Assembly: GCA_964600575.1 (NCBI GenBank)
Contig: CAZRJH010000001.1
Location: 92,651 to 156,650, forward strand
Direction: 5' to 3'
DNA length: 64,000 nucleotides
DNA from: an uncultured Gammaproteobacteria bacterium
GTDB lineage: Bacteria; Patescibacteriota; Microgenomatia; UBA8517
A program made the translations under genes and the position numbers. The notes beneath the pieces were generated by a model, which ran no database searches, was not told the DNA's origin, and saw only the letters and a program-made list of their open reading frames with translations. Of this stretch, positions 37,527 through 46,541 are shown piece after piece. Each line of letters begins with the position of its first letter. Within the stretch, counting starts at the first letter, position 1.

Positions 37527-38006
37527 TTATTGTTCACCCCTCGAAGCGTTGTTCTTTCGGATTTTTTTAGCATACTTGTCAACTCTTTTTTTAGAAATCA
37601 TAATTTCTTGCTCCCTTAAAAATTCGATAAAACCGGATTGTTGGTCGTATTTAACGCCGTCGTTTTCCATTAGAAACGCGATTGTAATCTCGGCTTGTTT
37701 TGTAGGCTCAACTTTACCTTCTTTCAACCAGTCTTTCTCCCAACGGTCGCTTTTTAGAATTTCTATAAAACTTGCGGCTTTAGCGGGGTTATTTAACGCA
37801 TAAAAAGAGTCCCAGGCGGCACCGACTATATGAACAAACAAATGACTTTCGGGGAGACTTGCAACAAATCTTGAAGGAGAGGTTACTCTTAACCAAAAAA
37901 GCTCCCCACCTCTAAAAAAATGAGCTCCGTGTTGTTCTTGTTGCTCCGGTTTTCTTTCTTTTTGCATTGAGAACTTATACAACCAGGTTATGGTTTTAGT
38001 CAACAA
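37527..38006 (-). CDS. hypothetical protein (last gene of the radical SAM operon)
   Basis: 159-aa ORF directly abutting the upstream gene. No motif recognised. Confidence 0.45.
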   Translation of the reverse strand: MLTKTITWLYKFSMQKERKPEQQEQHGAHFFRGGELFWLRVTSPSRFVASLPESHLFVHIVGAAWDSFYALNNPAKAASFIEILKSDRWEKDWLKEGKVEPTKQAEITIAFLMENDGVKYDQQSGFIEFLREQEIMISKKRVDKYAKKIRKNNASRGEQ

Positions 38007-38432
38007 TTAAAACCAAGTTTGTGACTTATATTTCTGGTATTCGGCTCCAAATGTATTTTGTAAGACTTTATCTTCTTTGTTGGCTCGGAATAGTTGAATG
38101 CAAATAATAATAACCAGTAAAAGGTATTGGTAAAAATTCCCGGAAGGCAAAATGAGTCCTAAAATAACTAATGACGAAAATACATAAACAGGGTTTCTTA
38201 TTTTTGAATATAAACCTTTTGTTGTTAAGCCTTTAGCTTTTGGAAGTACGGAAAAGTTAGACCCAAGTTGAACTCTTGCAGCAATCCAGAGAACAAGCGA
38301 GGTTGTGGTTATAAAGTTGCCGACCCAATAAATATAAGTCCAGTTTTTTCCGATGTAATTTAGATAATAGAGGAAAAACACCGCCGCAAAATCCAAATAA
38401 AAATGAGAGGAGTTTGTTTTATGTTTAATCAC
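38007..38432 (-). CDS. isoprenylcysteine carboxyl methyltransferase (ICMT)/phospholipid methyltransferase family membrane protein
   Basis: Motifs LTTKGLYSKIRNPVY and C-terminal EDKVLQNTFGAEYQKYK match the ICMT/PEMT SAM-binding signature. Four TM helices. Confidence 0.65.
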   Translation of the reverse strand: MIKHKTNSSHFYLDFAAVFFLYYLNYIGKNWTYIYWVGNFITTTSLVLWIAARVQLGSNFSVLPKAKGLTTKGLYSKIRNPVYVFSSLVILGLILPSGNFYQYLLLVIIICIQLFRANKEDKVLQNTFGAEYQKYKSQTWF

Positions 38433-39475
38433 CGTCTTAAAAGTTCTAAAACATATTTTACTTTACGGGCATCTAAAGGTTGGGCTTCAAAATCGATACG
38501 ATTGTCAACATTGAGACATGAGGCTAGAGAATTTATTGTTCTTATATAGTTAAGTACAGACCCTAAAATTATCTTTTCCACCGAATCAGGGGCAAAACTT
38601 GAATCCCCAGCTATTTTGTTAGAAATCTCCACTGCTTCTTTGATCATTTCGCGATTGCGGTTTGGATATATTGCATCTGTTAGAAGGTAATGCCAGCTTC
38701 CCTGCTCGGACGGCAAAAAAATAACGTTATCTTTACCGGCAATATCTAATATCTGCCCTGTTCTTTTTGAATACTCAATCGCATTTTTAGTGAAGTCTTC
38801 TATGGCTGATTTAAGATGCTGGTCATTATTCATTCTTTCGACAATAGTAGCCATATGTTGTTGAACAAAAGCTACTTCTACTGACGGTATCTGTTGAGTT
38901 TTATTTACTCCAAAAACAGCCGCAATAGTAAGATCTACATAAGCCGCTTCAAATTTTGGAGACTGCATGGGTCTTAGCTCTGCAACTCCGGCAGTTAGAC
39001 TTATTCTCGAAGGGTTTTTAAGCTCTGTGGTTTTATCCTGAATCGTGACAAGCGTCCAGACTTCGCCTGCATTAAAGTTTTTTATAGCACTATCCGACTG
39101 CGGGCCATATTCTTTGTGAATTGCTTTTAGTATTCTTTCGTTAAACGGAATTTTAAGGGTAAAAGCACTTTGCTTTAAAGTATGTTCTTGGCCGAAGATT
39201 TCTGTAATAATTCTAAAACTTTCGTTAAGATCTTTTGCTTTATACTTTTTCCATTCCGATTCTGCATAACTCGTGTCACCCTGAGAAACGGAACTAAGAA
39301 GTTCCGGTCCGTCTATCTTTACAACTTTATTGGGGTAGTTGGGGAGTGAGTAGACTATTTGAATTCCTCCGTTATCTTCGAACTCCGGTTTATATTTTTC
39401 TATTCTACGGTGAGCAATATCTTTGGCTTCAAATCTGTGTGGTAAAAGTCTATCGCTCATTCTTAATTCTAACAA
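38429..39475 (-). CDS. hypothetical protein
   Basis: 348-aa ORF overlapping the downstream ICMT gene by 4 nt (ATGA coupling). No confident motif. Confidence 0.5.
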   Translation of the reverse strand: MLELRMSDRLLPHRFEAKDIAHRRIEKYKPEFEDNGGIQIVYSLPNYPNKVVKIDGPELLSSVSQGDTSYAESEWKKYKAKDLNESFRIITEIFGQEHTLKQSAFTLKIPFNERILKAIHKEYGPQSDSAIKNFNAGEVWTLVTIQDKTTELKNPSRISLTAGVAELRPMQSPKFEAAYVDLTIAAVFGVNKTQQIPSVEVAFVQQHMATIVERMNNDQHLKSAIEDFTKNAIEYSKRTGQILDIAGKDNVIFLPSEQGSWHYLLTDAIYPNRNREMIKEAVEISNKIAGDSSFAPDSVEKIILGSVLNYIRTINSLASCLNVDNRIDFEAQPLDARKVKYVLELLRR

Positions 39476-39485
39476 AATAAATTTA

Positions 39486-40583
39486 TCAAACTAAATCTAC
39501 GGGTTTGTTGGCTTTGCCGTTAGCCTTATCTCGTTTAATTTCAGCAAAGGCGTTAGTGTCGTTTCTTTCTCCTTTGCCGCCCGCCCAGTTGGGGGGAGTT
39601 GTAAAGTCTGGGTGCCAGGGAAGTTTAGAAAAAAGTCCGACATTTTGGTTTGTTAAAGGTGTGTAAAGTCTTGTTGTGTGGGATTCTTTCATTGTGGCGT
39701 AAACCATTAGCCATAAAGCATCCGGGTTAAGTTGAACTTTTACAAACCCTCGTTGGCTGTACATTGTTGCCGATTCTCCTAAATCGTTGTTGCTTTTGTC
39801 TGTTCTGGCATTGGGGCCAGTTGCCAGAACTCTTCCTATTTTGTAGACACCTACGGACTTGCTTACATCAAAGACGGAAATGTTTTCGATCTTGCGGTTG
39901 TTTCTGGGTTCTCCCGGCATTAGATCGGAACTAAAGAATAGGTTGGCAAAAACATCCTTGTGTCCTTTTATAAATTCATAAAATCTGTCATTTACTTCCA
40001 ATGTTTTGTTAAGGGGTAGAGAAATCGTAAGATGAAATCTTTCGGGATACTTTAGAGCTAGACCAACCAACCCTAAGAGTTTTTCTTCGTCGTTGGGCCT
40101 GTAGTTTGTAACTATTTTGATTTTTTTATCTCCCGTTTTTTCCAAAATCATTTGTGTAATCTTGACGGCTTCGGGATGGTCTTGGACGTCACCAGCGGAA
40201 CCGATACGCAGTTTAGGAGAAAGCATTTCTATAAATTTAGGTTCAGAAAAAAGTCTTTCCAACGATTCGGCTGTAAACATTTTCGAAGGTATGGCGGCCG
40301 CGGCCAGACACGTATCACATTGTCTTCCGCATCCGTTTAAAACATCCATCATTCTTATTGTTCCTTTAAGTATGGGGTTGTCAAAAAAGGGAGCCATTAA
40401 AGCATAGGCATCAACTGCTCCCGAGCTTGATAAAGACTCACGGGAAACTCTTGATTGGACATTGTAGATTACGGGGGTAGAATACCAGCCGTGGATTTCT
40501 ACACCTTTGGCCTCATCTAGGTCCAAAAGCGCCTCTACCTCTACTGGTAGGCTAGTGTTTTGATAGGAAGAAAAACGCTCCAT
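39486..40583 (-). CDS. radical SAM domain protein (single CxxxCxxC cluster, function unknown)
   Basis: GCGRQCDTCLAAA carries the CX3CX2C radical SAM motif near residue 85. No SPASM/auxiliary Cys clusters. 365 aa. Confidence 0.6.
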   Translation of the reverse strand: MERFSSYQNTSLPVEVEALLDLDEAKGVEIHGWYSTPVIYNVQSRVSRESLSSSGAVDAYALMAPFFDNPILKGTIRMMDVLNGCGRQCDTCLAAAAIPSKMFTAESLERLFSEPKFIEMLSPKLRIGSAGDVQDHPEAVKITQMILEKTGDKKIKIVTNYRPNDEEKLLGLVGLALKYPERFHLTISLPLNKTLEVNDRFYEFIKGHKDVFANLFFSSDLMPGEPRNNRKIENISVFDVSKSVGVYKIGRVLATGPNARTDKSNNDLGESATMYSQRGFVKVQLNPDALWLMVYATMKESHTTRLYTPLTNQNVGLFSKLPWHPDFTTPPNWAGGKGERNDTNAFAEIKRDKANGKANKPVDLV

Positions 40584-40691
40584 TGCTTATTATATACTAT
40601 AGGGTCTAAAAAATCAAGTTTTTATCTCTTTCGTTTATCAAATATCAAGAGTAACCAAACCCTTGAAATCTGGTAAAATTACACTCGTTCT

Positions 40692-42110
40692 ATGGCTAAC
40701 AATAATGTTGTGATTAGGTTCGATAATGTTTCTTTTCAATATAGCGAAGCTAAACCTATTTTGGACGAGGCTAATTTTAGCGTGCGTAAAAATTCAATAG
40801 TGACGATAATAGGCCAAAACGGAGCAGGAAAAAGCACCATATTTAAGCTTCTGTTGGGAAAACTAAAACCCGATAGCGGAAAGATAAATCTGGAACTTGG
40901 AACAACTATTGGGATTGCGGAGCAAATGGTGCCTGCAGACAAAACAGAGCTTAGTGTTTTGGAATATTTTAAAACCGCATTACCGGACAAAGAATACGGT
41001 ATAGAAGGGGTAATCCAAAAAACTTTAGAGAGAGTTAACTTTCAAGTGGATTTAGCCAAAAAAGTAAAAGAGTTGTCAGGCGGCCAAAAAGCCAGGTTAC
41101 TTCTAGCCTACGCTTTAATTACACACCCCACAGTCCTTTTGCTGGATGAACCTACAAACAATTTGGACAAGGCTGGAATTGCGGAACTGACTATATTTTT
41201 AATGAATTACGAAAAAACGTGTATTGTAATTTCCCACGATGCCGACTTTTTGAACTGTTTTACCGACGGAGTTTTAAATTTGGATATTCATACAAAAAAG
41301 GTGGAACAGTTTGTTGGTAATTACTATGATGTTATCAACGAAATAGAAGCAAAGTTGGAGCGGGACAGACAGCAAAATGCCCGTTTAGAAAGAAGCATAA
41401 AAGAACGCTTTGTAAAAATTAACAAACTAAGCGGCAAAAGCATTGCCATGAGTCAGTTAGCTCGCAGAATTCGTAAAGACATAGACGAAGACAGGGAAAG
41501 TGCCGTGGAAATTAGACGCGAAGATAAAACAATTCCGGACTTTGAAATACCAAATCAGGAATATGTCGGTTTTATTATTAGGATTAAAGAACCTATTGTC
41601 ACGGAGTTGTCAAAAGGGGTTAGGTTAATGATTAAAGGCCCGAACGGAATCGGAAAAAGCACTCTGTTAAGAAAAATTCTATTGGGAGAAGCGGCAGAAA
41701 TTAATCCAAAGATTAGGGTTGGTTATTACAGCCAAGACTTTTCCGAATTGGATTTTGATCAAACCGGTTTTGAATCTCTTCATGATGTCTCTCCGGAAGC
41801 TAAAGATCAAGAAATTTACGCTGCAGGAGCGCGGTTTTTGTTAACAGGAGAAATTCTAAAAACTAAAATAGCGTCGCTATCCGAAGGACAAAAAGGCCTC
41901 CTTTGTTATGCAAGGCTTTTTTTGCAAAAACCCGGGCTTTTGATTTTGGACGAGCCGACTAACCATATTAATTTTAGACATATTCCCGTGATAACCAAAG
42001 CAGTGGATGATTACGAAGGGCCGATAATTTTTGTGAGTCATTTAGCGGATTTTTACGAGAAAATAAAAAATGTACGCGAAGTCGATTTGGAAAAGTTGTC
42101 TCAAGCTTAA
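40692..42110 (+). CDS. ABC-F family ATPase (tandem ABC domains, no TMD)
   Basis: Two Walker A motifs (GQNGAGKSTIFK; GPNGIGKSTLL), two ABC signatures (LSGGQKARLLLA; LSEGQKGLLCYA) and an inter-domain linker. 472 aa. Confidence 0.8.
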   Translation: MANNNVVIRFDNVSFQYSEAKPILDEANFSVRKNSIVTIIGQNGAGKSTIFKLLLGKLKPDSGKINLELGTTIGIAEQMVPADKTELSVLEYFKTALPDKEYGIEGVIQKTLERVNFQVDLAKKVKELSGGQKARLLLAYALITHPTVLLLDEPTNNLDKAGIAELTIFLMNYEKTCIVISHDADFLNCFTDGVLNLDIHTKKVEQFVGNYYDVINEIEAKLERDRQQNARLERSIKERFVKINKLSGKSIAMSQLARRIRKDIDEDRESAVEIRREDKTIPDFEIPNQEYVGFIIRIKEPIVTELSKGVRLMIKGPNGIGKSTLLRKILLGEAAEINPKIRVGYYSQDFSELDFDQTGFESLHDVSPEAKDQEIYAAGARFLLTGEILKTKIASLSEGQKGLLCYARLFLQKPGLLILDEPTNHINFRHIPVITKAVDDYEGPIIFVSHLADFYEKIKNVREVDLEKLSQA

Positions 42111-42115
42111 TTCGA

Positions 42116-42670
42116 CTATCTTCCCCCCATCAATTTGTTGTACCGCCAAGACATAGGGACATTACCGCCATATTTGGTGTCTTTGTGATCTCTGGTTTTA
42201 CTAAAACCCAAACGAGTATAGTATTCAACAATCTTATTCAGCTGGGTAGTTTGTTCGCCGTCTTCGTAGCCGTAAGGAGAGGCCTTCAAACTTATGTAGT
42301 CAAATTTGTTTTGAAGCTCTTTTATAAGCTTTATACCTTCTCCTGGGGAAGCAGAAAAAACCCATCTAAGCTCCAGGTCTTTTTTGTCTTTAAAGCCAAA
42401 CGCAGCCGCCTCGGTATTTTCTCCGTGTTGAGAAAAAAGAAAATACAGGGGTTTCTCGGCTGTTGCTTTTTGAGCCAGAGAGTCTATTGCCTCATCAGGG
42501 GGATATTTTTTGTCGGGGTTTTGGCTTCGCAGCAAGTTTAGAACGGATTTAACTTTATCGAGTGATGTCTCTATATCTTCGTTGTTTTTTGCCACAGTTT
42601 CTACAATTAAAGATTTCTCCTGTTCCTCGATGGGGATCATAAATACTGCGTTTGTTTCTTGCTTGTCCAT
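42116..42670 (-). CDS. hypothetical protein, possibly GNAT-fold acetyltransferase
   Basis: 184 aa. The C-terminal YYTRLGF resembles the GNAT beta-strand motif. Weak. Confidence 0.3.
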   Translation of the reverse strand: MDKQETNAVFMIPIEEQEKSLIVETVAKNNEDIETSLDKVKSVLNLLRSQNPDKKYPPDEAIDSLAQKATAEKPLYFLFSQHGENTEAAAFGFKDKKDLELRWVFSASPGEGIKLIKELQNKFDYISLKASPYGYEDGEQTTQLNKIVEYYTRLGFSKTRDHKDTKYGGNVPMSWRYNKLMGGR

Positions 42671-42680
42671 TTTTTCGAAG

Positions 42681-43457
42681 TTATTTTGCGAAATCCAAAA
42701 TTGCTTTTGATTGATTCATAACAGATTCGTAGCCCAAAATGATTAACTTTTGAGAGTTTTGTTGTTTGAATTCCAAAAGGGATGTGTCTTCTTCGGTAAG
42801 ATTTAAGTTGACGGTAGGTTTATCTTTAGCAAATTCCGTTTTGTCCGCAATGTTTTGTTTCTGAAGAAAAGCTATAGAAGACAAAAGAATATCGGCAGTC
42901 GAACTTTTATCTGTTATGTGTTTAACGGGAGCGGTAATATCCGAAACAATCAGAGAATCAACCTCGTTTGCAATTAATGATATTGGAATATTGTTAATTA
43001 CGCCGCCGTCTACCAAAAAAGTCTCTCCGCGCTTTACGGGGTTAAATATTCCCGGAAGTGACATGGATGCCAAAAGTCCGGGGAATAATAAACCGCTATC
43101 AAAAATTACTTCCTGTTTGTTATTAAGGTCTGTTGCATTGAATTTTGTAGGAATTACAAGTTCTTCGAAACGGTTAGCTTTTACAAATTTCTTGACATAC
43201 ATAACAAGCTCTTGCATGTTATTCGGTTTTCTTCCCAAAATAATTGCTTTTACAATCTCCGTAAAATCTATACTTGCAACAACTTCCTCCAAATTTATAT
43301 TCGGATCTTTTGCAAACATTGTGCCGATCATGGCACCAATCGAACAGCCCGCAATGCTGTCAATTTTTACTTTTAATCTCTGAAGCGCCATGAGAGCCCC
43401 GATATGGAAAAACCCCCGTGCCCCACCACCGCTCAATACCAAACCAACCTTGTTCAT
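42681..43457 (-). CDS. patatin-like phospholipase
   Basis: Oxyanion-hole GGGARG and nucleophile GxSxG (GCSIGAM) motifs in the canonical order, then a DGG-type Asp region (FLVDGGVINN). Confidence 0.75.
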   Translation of the reverse strand: MNKVGLVLSGGGARGFFHIGALMALQRLKVKIDSIAGCSIGAMIGTMFAKDPNINLEEVVASIDFTEIVKAIILGRKPNNMQELVMYVKKFVKANRFEELVIPTKFNATDLNNKQEVIFDSGLLFPGLLASMSLPGIFNPVKRGETFLVDGGVINNIPISLIANEVDSLIVSDITAPVKHITDKSSTADILLSSIAFLQKQNIADKTEFAKDKPTVNLNLTEEDTSLLEFKQQNSQKLIILGYESVMNQSKAILDFAK

Positions 43458-43462
43458 AAAAG

Positions 43463-43508
43463 CAGTATATCAGCTGAATACTATTCAAGTTATACCTTTG
43501 ATATACTG
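43463..43508. repeat. perfect 10-bp inverted repeat CAGTATATCA-N26-TGATATACTG overlapping the start region of the 2-hydroxyacid dehydrogenase gene
   Basis: Read directly from the sequence, in the divergent intergenic region between the patatin and dehydrogenase genes. Confidence 0.4.
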
Positions 43509-43513
43509 ATGGC

Positions 43514-44452
43514 GTGGACAAGCAAAAGATACTCATAACTGATTCGCTTTTTATATTTAAAGAGCACGAAGACCAGTTAATTGATGCCGGCTTTGATATT
43601 GAAAGATTGGATAAACCAGAACCCTCCGAAGATGAACTGATTAACGCTATCAAAGGTAAGGCAGGATATATTCTTGGGGGCATTGAACATGTAACAGAAA
43701 GGGTTATTGCTGCGGCCGATAGTTTAAAAGCTATTACTTTCACTGGAATAGACTATAAGAGCTACATTCCCGCTTGGGAAAAGGCTATTGCCAAAGGTAT
43801 AAGTATAAGCAACGTTCCCGACGGGCCCACCGACGCTGTTGCGGAATGGTCTATCACAATGGCATTGGCAATGAACAGATCAATTTTTGATTTGGGGAGA
43901 ATTGGGGATAAAAAGTTTCAAACCTCCAAAGGCCTTAAGGGTCAGCATATTGGGTTGGTTGGTTTTGGTAGAATCGGTAAAAAAATTGCGGAAATGGCAA
44001 GCGTTTTTGCCCCTGCTTCGATATCTTTTTTTAATAGATCTAAAAATTTAGAATCAGGTAGCGGAGGGGTGGTATACAAAGAAATTGATAAGATTTTTTC
44101 CGAAAGTGATATTGTCTTTTTGTGCGTTCCCAAAAGTGTGGGAGATAACTTTATAAACAAGGAGTTGTTAGCTTTAATGAAGGAGGGTTCTCTTGTCGTT
44201 AATATGACTCACCCGGGTGTGGTGGATCAAATGGCTTTATTGGAAAGATTAAAGGATAAAAGTTTAAGGGCAGTATCCGATTATCCGTTCACGATTGAAG
44301 GTTACAGTGACTTGCCTCTTGGAGTTTGGTACTGCTTCAACGATTCGAACGCATTTAATACTTTTAGTTCAATTAAGAAAACAAGTGATGTTGCCACTAA
44401 GTCCATTATCAACTTAATCAAAACTGGGGAAGATGCGTACAAAGCAAGTTGA
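43514..44452 (+). CDS. D-isomer-specific 2-hydroxyacid dehydrogenase family protein (PGDH/glycerate dehydrogenase-like)
   Basis: NAD-binding GLVGFGRIGKKIAEMA and the catalytic-domain pattern. GTG start. 312 aa. Confidence 0.65.
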   Translation: MDKQKILITDSLFIFKEHEDQLIDAGFDIERLDKPEPSEDELINAIKGKAGYILGGIEHVTERVIAAADSLKAITFTGIDYKSYIPAWEKAIAKGISISNVPDGPTDAVAEWSITMALAMNRSIFDLGRIGDKKFQTSKGLKGQHIGLVGFGRIGKKIAEMASVFAPASISFFNRSKNLESGSGGVVYKEIDKIFSESDIVFLCVPKSVGDNFINKELLALMKEGSLVVNMTHPGVVDQMALLERLKDKSLRAVSDYPFTIEGYSDLPLGVWYCFNDSNAFNTFSSIKKTSDVATKSIINLIKTGEDAYKAS

Positions 44453-44456
44453 TTAA

Positions 44457-44888
44457 TTACCTCTTTTTTTCTAAATACTCATTAACCCCCCGTAACCAGC
44501 CGCCCGTAAAATACTCTTCGGGTTTAAAACTATTTATATCCGCCCACAGTATTTCTGTATGATGACTTGCAATTGCAATTTCGCCGCTGTCAAAAGTCGC
44601 TTGGTAACCTACTGCAAATATTCTTACGGTTGGGTTTCCTGGTGCGGATTCTACTCGTTCATGTCTCATAAACACAATAGGTTCACCTAAAGTATATTTA
44701 AAGTTATTTCCCAATTCTTCGGACATTTTTCTGGAGACTATTTGCTCTAACGGAGTTTCGAATTCGTCTTTTTTGATACGGCCTCCCGGGATATCCCACT
44801 GTCCAAACCCGTCTTTTAAGATTAAGAACTTATTATCTTTTTCCAAAAAGACTTTAACCGCAACAAAATACTGATCTTTTTCGGCCAC
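44457..44888 (-). CDS. NUDIX hydrolase
   Basis: Nudix box GGRIKKDEFETPLEQIVSRKMSEELG (GX5EX7REUXEEXGU). Confidence 0.75.
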   Translation of the reverse strand: MAEKDQYFVAVKVFLEKDNKFLILKDGFGQWDIPGGRIKKDEFETPLEQIVSRKMSEELGNNFKYTLGEPIVFMRHERVESAPGNPTVRIFAVGYQATFDSGEIAIASHHTEILWADINSFKPEEYFTGGWLRGVNEYLEKKR

Positions 44889-44929
44889 AGTAAATTATAG
44901 CAGTAAAAAATAAATCTAAGTTTTTTAGC

Positions 44930-45415
44930 TTAGCCTTGTGACTTTCTGAGGGAGTCTACTAATTCTTCGAATATAACCATATAAGTATCTTCGATGGCTT
45001 TTGTGATTTTGTCGGACTTAAAATCCTCGTCGGGATTTTTTGCTATAGCAAGCAAGGTTGCAATTATTAAGCTTTCGCCCGCAACCGTTCTGGGTTCTCC
45101 GGCCTCGCGTCCGCCGTTTTTTTCGATTTCCTGCAATTCCCTAACGATCTTTTTGTAATCCACAGACAGACTTGTGCGTAAACCGTAAGCTTCGAGTGTT
45201 TCCTCAACGAGTTTTGTTCGTGCTATAGGTAGCATAGATTCGTATATTTCATCGAATCTGCTCTCATCCTCGCCGGCTATGGCAAATGTTTCTATCATAG
45301 CCAGATTAATGGGTTCAAGTTCAAGAAAGTTTTTAATGTCACCGTTTGTGCTACCGGCAGCTCTGGACATTTGTATTACACTTAACGCCTTTTGAGTATA
45401 TTTACTGTCTTCCAT
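44930..45415 (-). CDS. hypothetical protein, possibly Clp N-terminal-domain-like
   Basis: 161 aa with two helical repeats (ESLIIATLLAIAKNP). Weak. Confidence 0.35.
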   Translation of the reverse strand: MEDSKYTQKALSVIQMSRAAGSTNGDIKNFLELEPINLAMIETFAIAGEDESRFDEIYESMLPIARTKLVEETLEAYGLRTSLSVDYKKIVRELQEIEKNGGREAGEPRTVAGESLIIATLLAIAKNPDEDFKSDKITKAIEDTYMVIFEELVDSLRKSQG

Positions 45416-45461
45416 AAGTCGATTTTAACAAATATTTTAATCCACTTCTATTTATAGGGTT

Positions 45462-45989
45462 TTATAAAATTGAGGTTGGGCCGGTTCTTTTTGCTGACAG
45501 AACATAACCTATATATTTTTCCATTCGAGGAAGTGCTTTACCCTCTAAGTTGGAAAAGTATATTTCCGTTGTAAATTTTTTGGCTAATAATGATTTTTTA
45601 AGTGGGCTTTTGTCCAAGTCACCCGAGATAACAAGGTTTTGAATAGATTTAAGTTTTTCTAATAAAGAACCATCAAAAAGTTCGATGTTTTTAACAAAAA
45701 CAACTGTTTTGGCGTCGATACCGTCGTTTAATACTTTTATAAACTGGTAGTATTTATCTTTAGTGAAAAACTTTGCATTTGCGTATTTTCCACCGACTTC
45801 TTTTAAAAATTCCTCTTCGGCCATGGGGTAGCCGCATAGGAATAAGATGTTGTGTTCCGCGGAATAATAATTGGCAGCAAGAATTATTGTGTAAAGCGAA
45901 GCACCCGAGCCTTCATTGCCGTGAATAAGTGTCGGCAAAATATCAGTTGTTGGTTCAATAATATCTCCGTTTAGAAGTACTTTTCTCAC
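45462..45989 (-). CDS. hypothetical protein
   Basis: 175-aa ORF. No motif recognised. Confidence 0.45.
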   Translation of the reverse strand: MRKVLLNGDIIEPTTDILPTLIHGNEGSGASLYTIILAANYYSAEHNILFLCGYPMAEEEFLKEVGGKYANAKFFTKDKYYQFIKVLNDGIDAKTVVFVKNIELFDGSLLEKLKSIQNLVISGDLDKSPLKKSLLAKKFTTEIYFSNLEGKALPRMEKYIGYVLSAKRTGPTSIL

Positions 45990-46017
45990 TATCTAAATAA
46001 TAGCAGACAAAATAAGG

Positions 46018-46043
46018 GAAGTTTGGGTGGCTGACGCGATTCG
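46018..46043. repeat. 26-bp direct repeat of the tRNA-His 3' end plus 8 nt of its 3' flank (att-like partial tRNA duplicate)
   Basis: GAAGTTTGGGTGGCTGACGCGATTCG occurs at 46018-46043 and again at 46097-46122. The second copy overlaps the 3' end of tRNA-His. Confidence 0.7.
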
Positions 46044-46104
46044 TGCACACAACAGTTACATTATTTAGTGCTATCGAATAAGACGGACTCACAAACGAAG
46101 TTTG

Positions 46105-46179
46105 GGTGGCTGACGCGATTCGAACGCGCGACCCTCAGATCCACAATCTGATGCTCTAACCAGCTGAGCTACAGCCACC
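46105..46179 (-). tRNA. tRNA-His (anticodon GUG) with encoded G-1
   Basis: The reverse complement reads G-GTGGCTG-TA-GCTC-AGCTGGTTAGA-GC-A-TCAGA-TTGTGGA-TCTGA-GGGTC-GCGCG-TTCGAAT-CGCGT-CAGCCAC-C. It has a G-1, a C73 discriminator and a GTG anticodon in a 7-nt loop. CCA is not encoded. Confidence 0.8.
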
Positions 46180-46541
46180 TCGTCTAAGCAAGCTACGCTG
46201 GCGACTTGTTTTGTAAACAAACCAAATCTTTACGCTTCGCTGCTTCTCCTCTCAAAATCCTACGGATTTTGTTAAAAAGCCGAAAAAATAAAGAGGACAG
46301 GCATATTTTATCACACAAAACTTAAAACTCCGTGCTAACGTACGATAGGTTAAGTTTCCGAGCAACAGCGAGGTAGACCAACAGTTTGTGTGACAAATAC
46401 CCGACCGGAGGTCGTGGGATGCCATCACCTGCGGGGAAAATGGCCAAGTAAGGTATCAAATCCTATAATTTTGACTTAAACATTGTTTTAGGCTAAAATT
46501 CAGCCTTGGTTTTTACTTGTACATTTATTTAAGGAGGCTGT

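Noticed and set aside
46018-46122. Integrated mobile element at tRNA-His
   Set aside because: The two att-like copies are only 78 bp apart and no integrase, excisionase or phage genes lie nearby. It is reported as a footprint, not as a mobile element.
46380-46460. SRP/4.5S or RNase P RNA in the tRNA-His-proximal spacer
   Set aside because: The conserved SRP domain-IV (GGAA ... AGCAGCC) and the RNase P P4 signatures were not found by eye. It is left as an unassigned leader.
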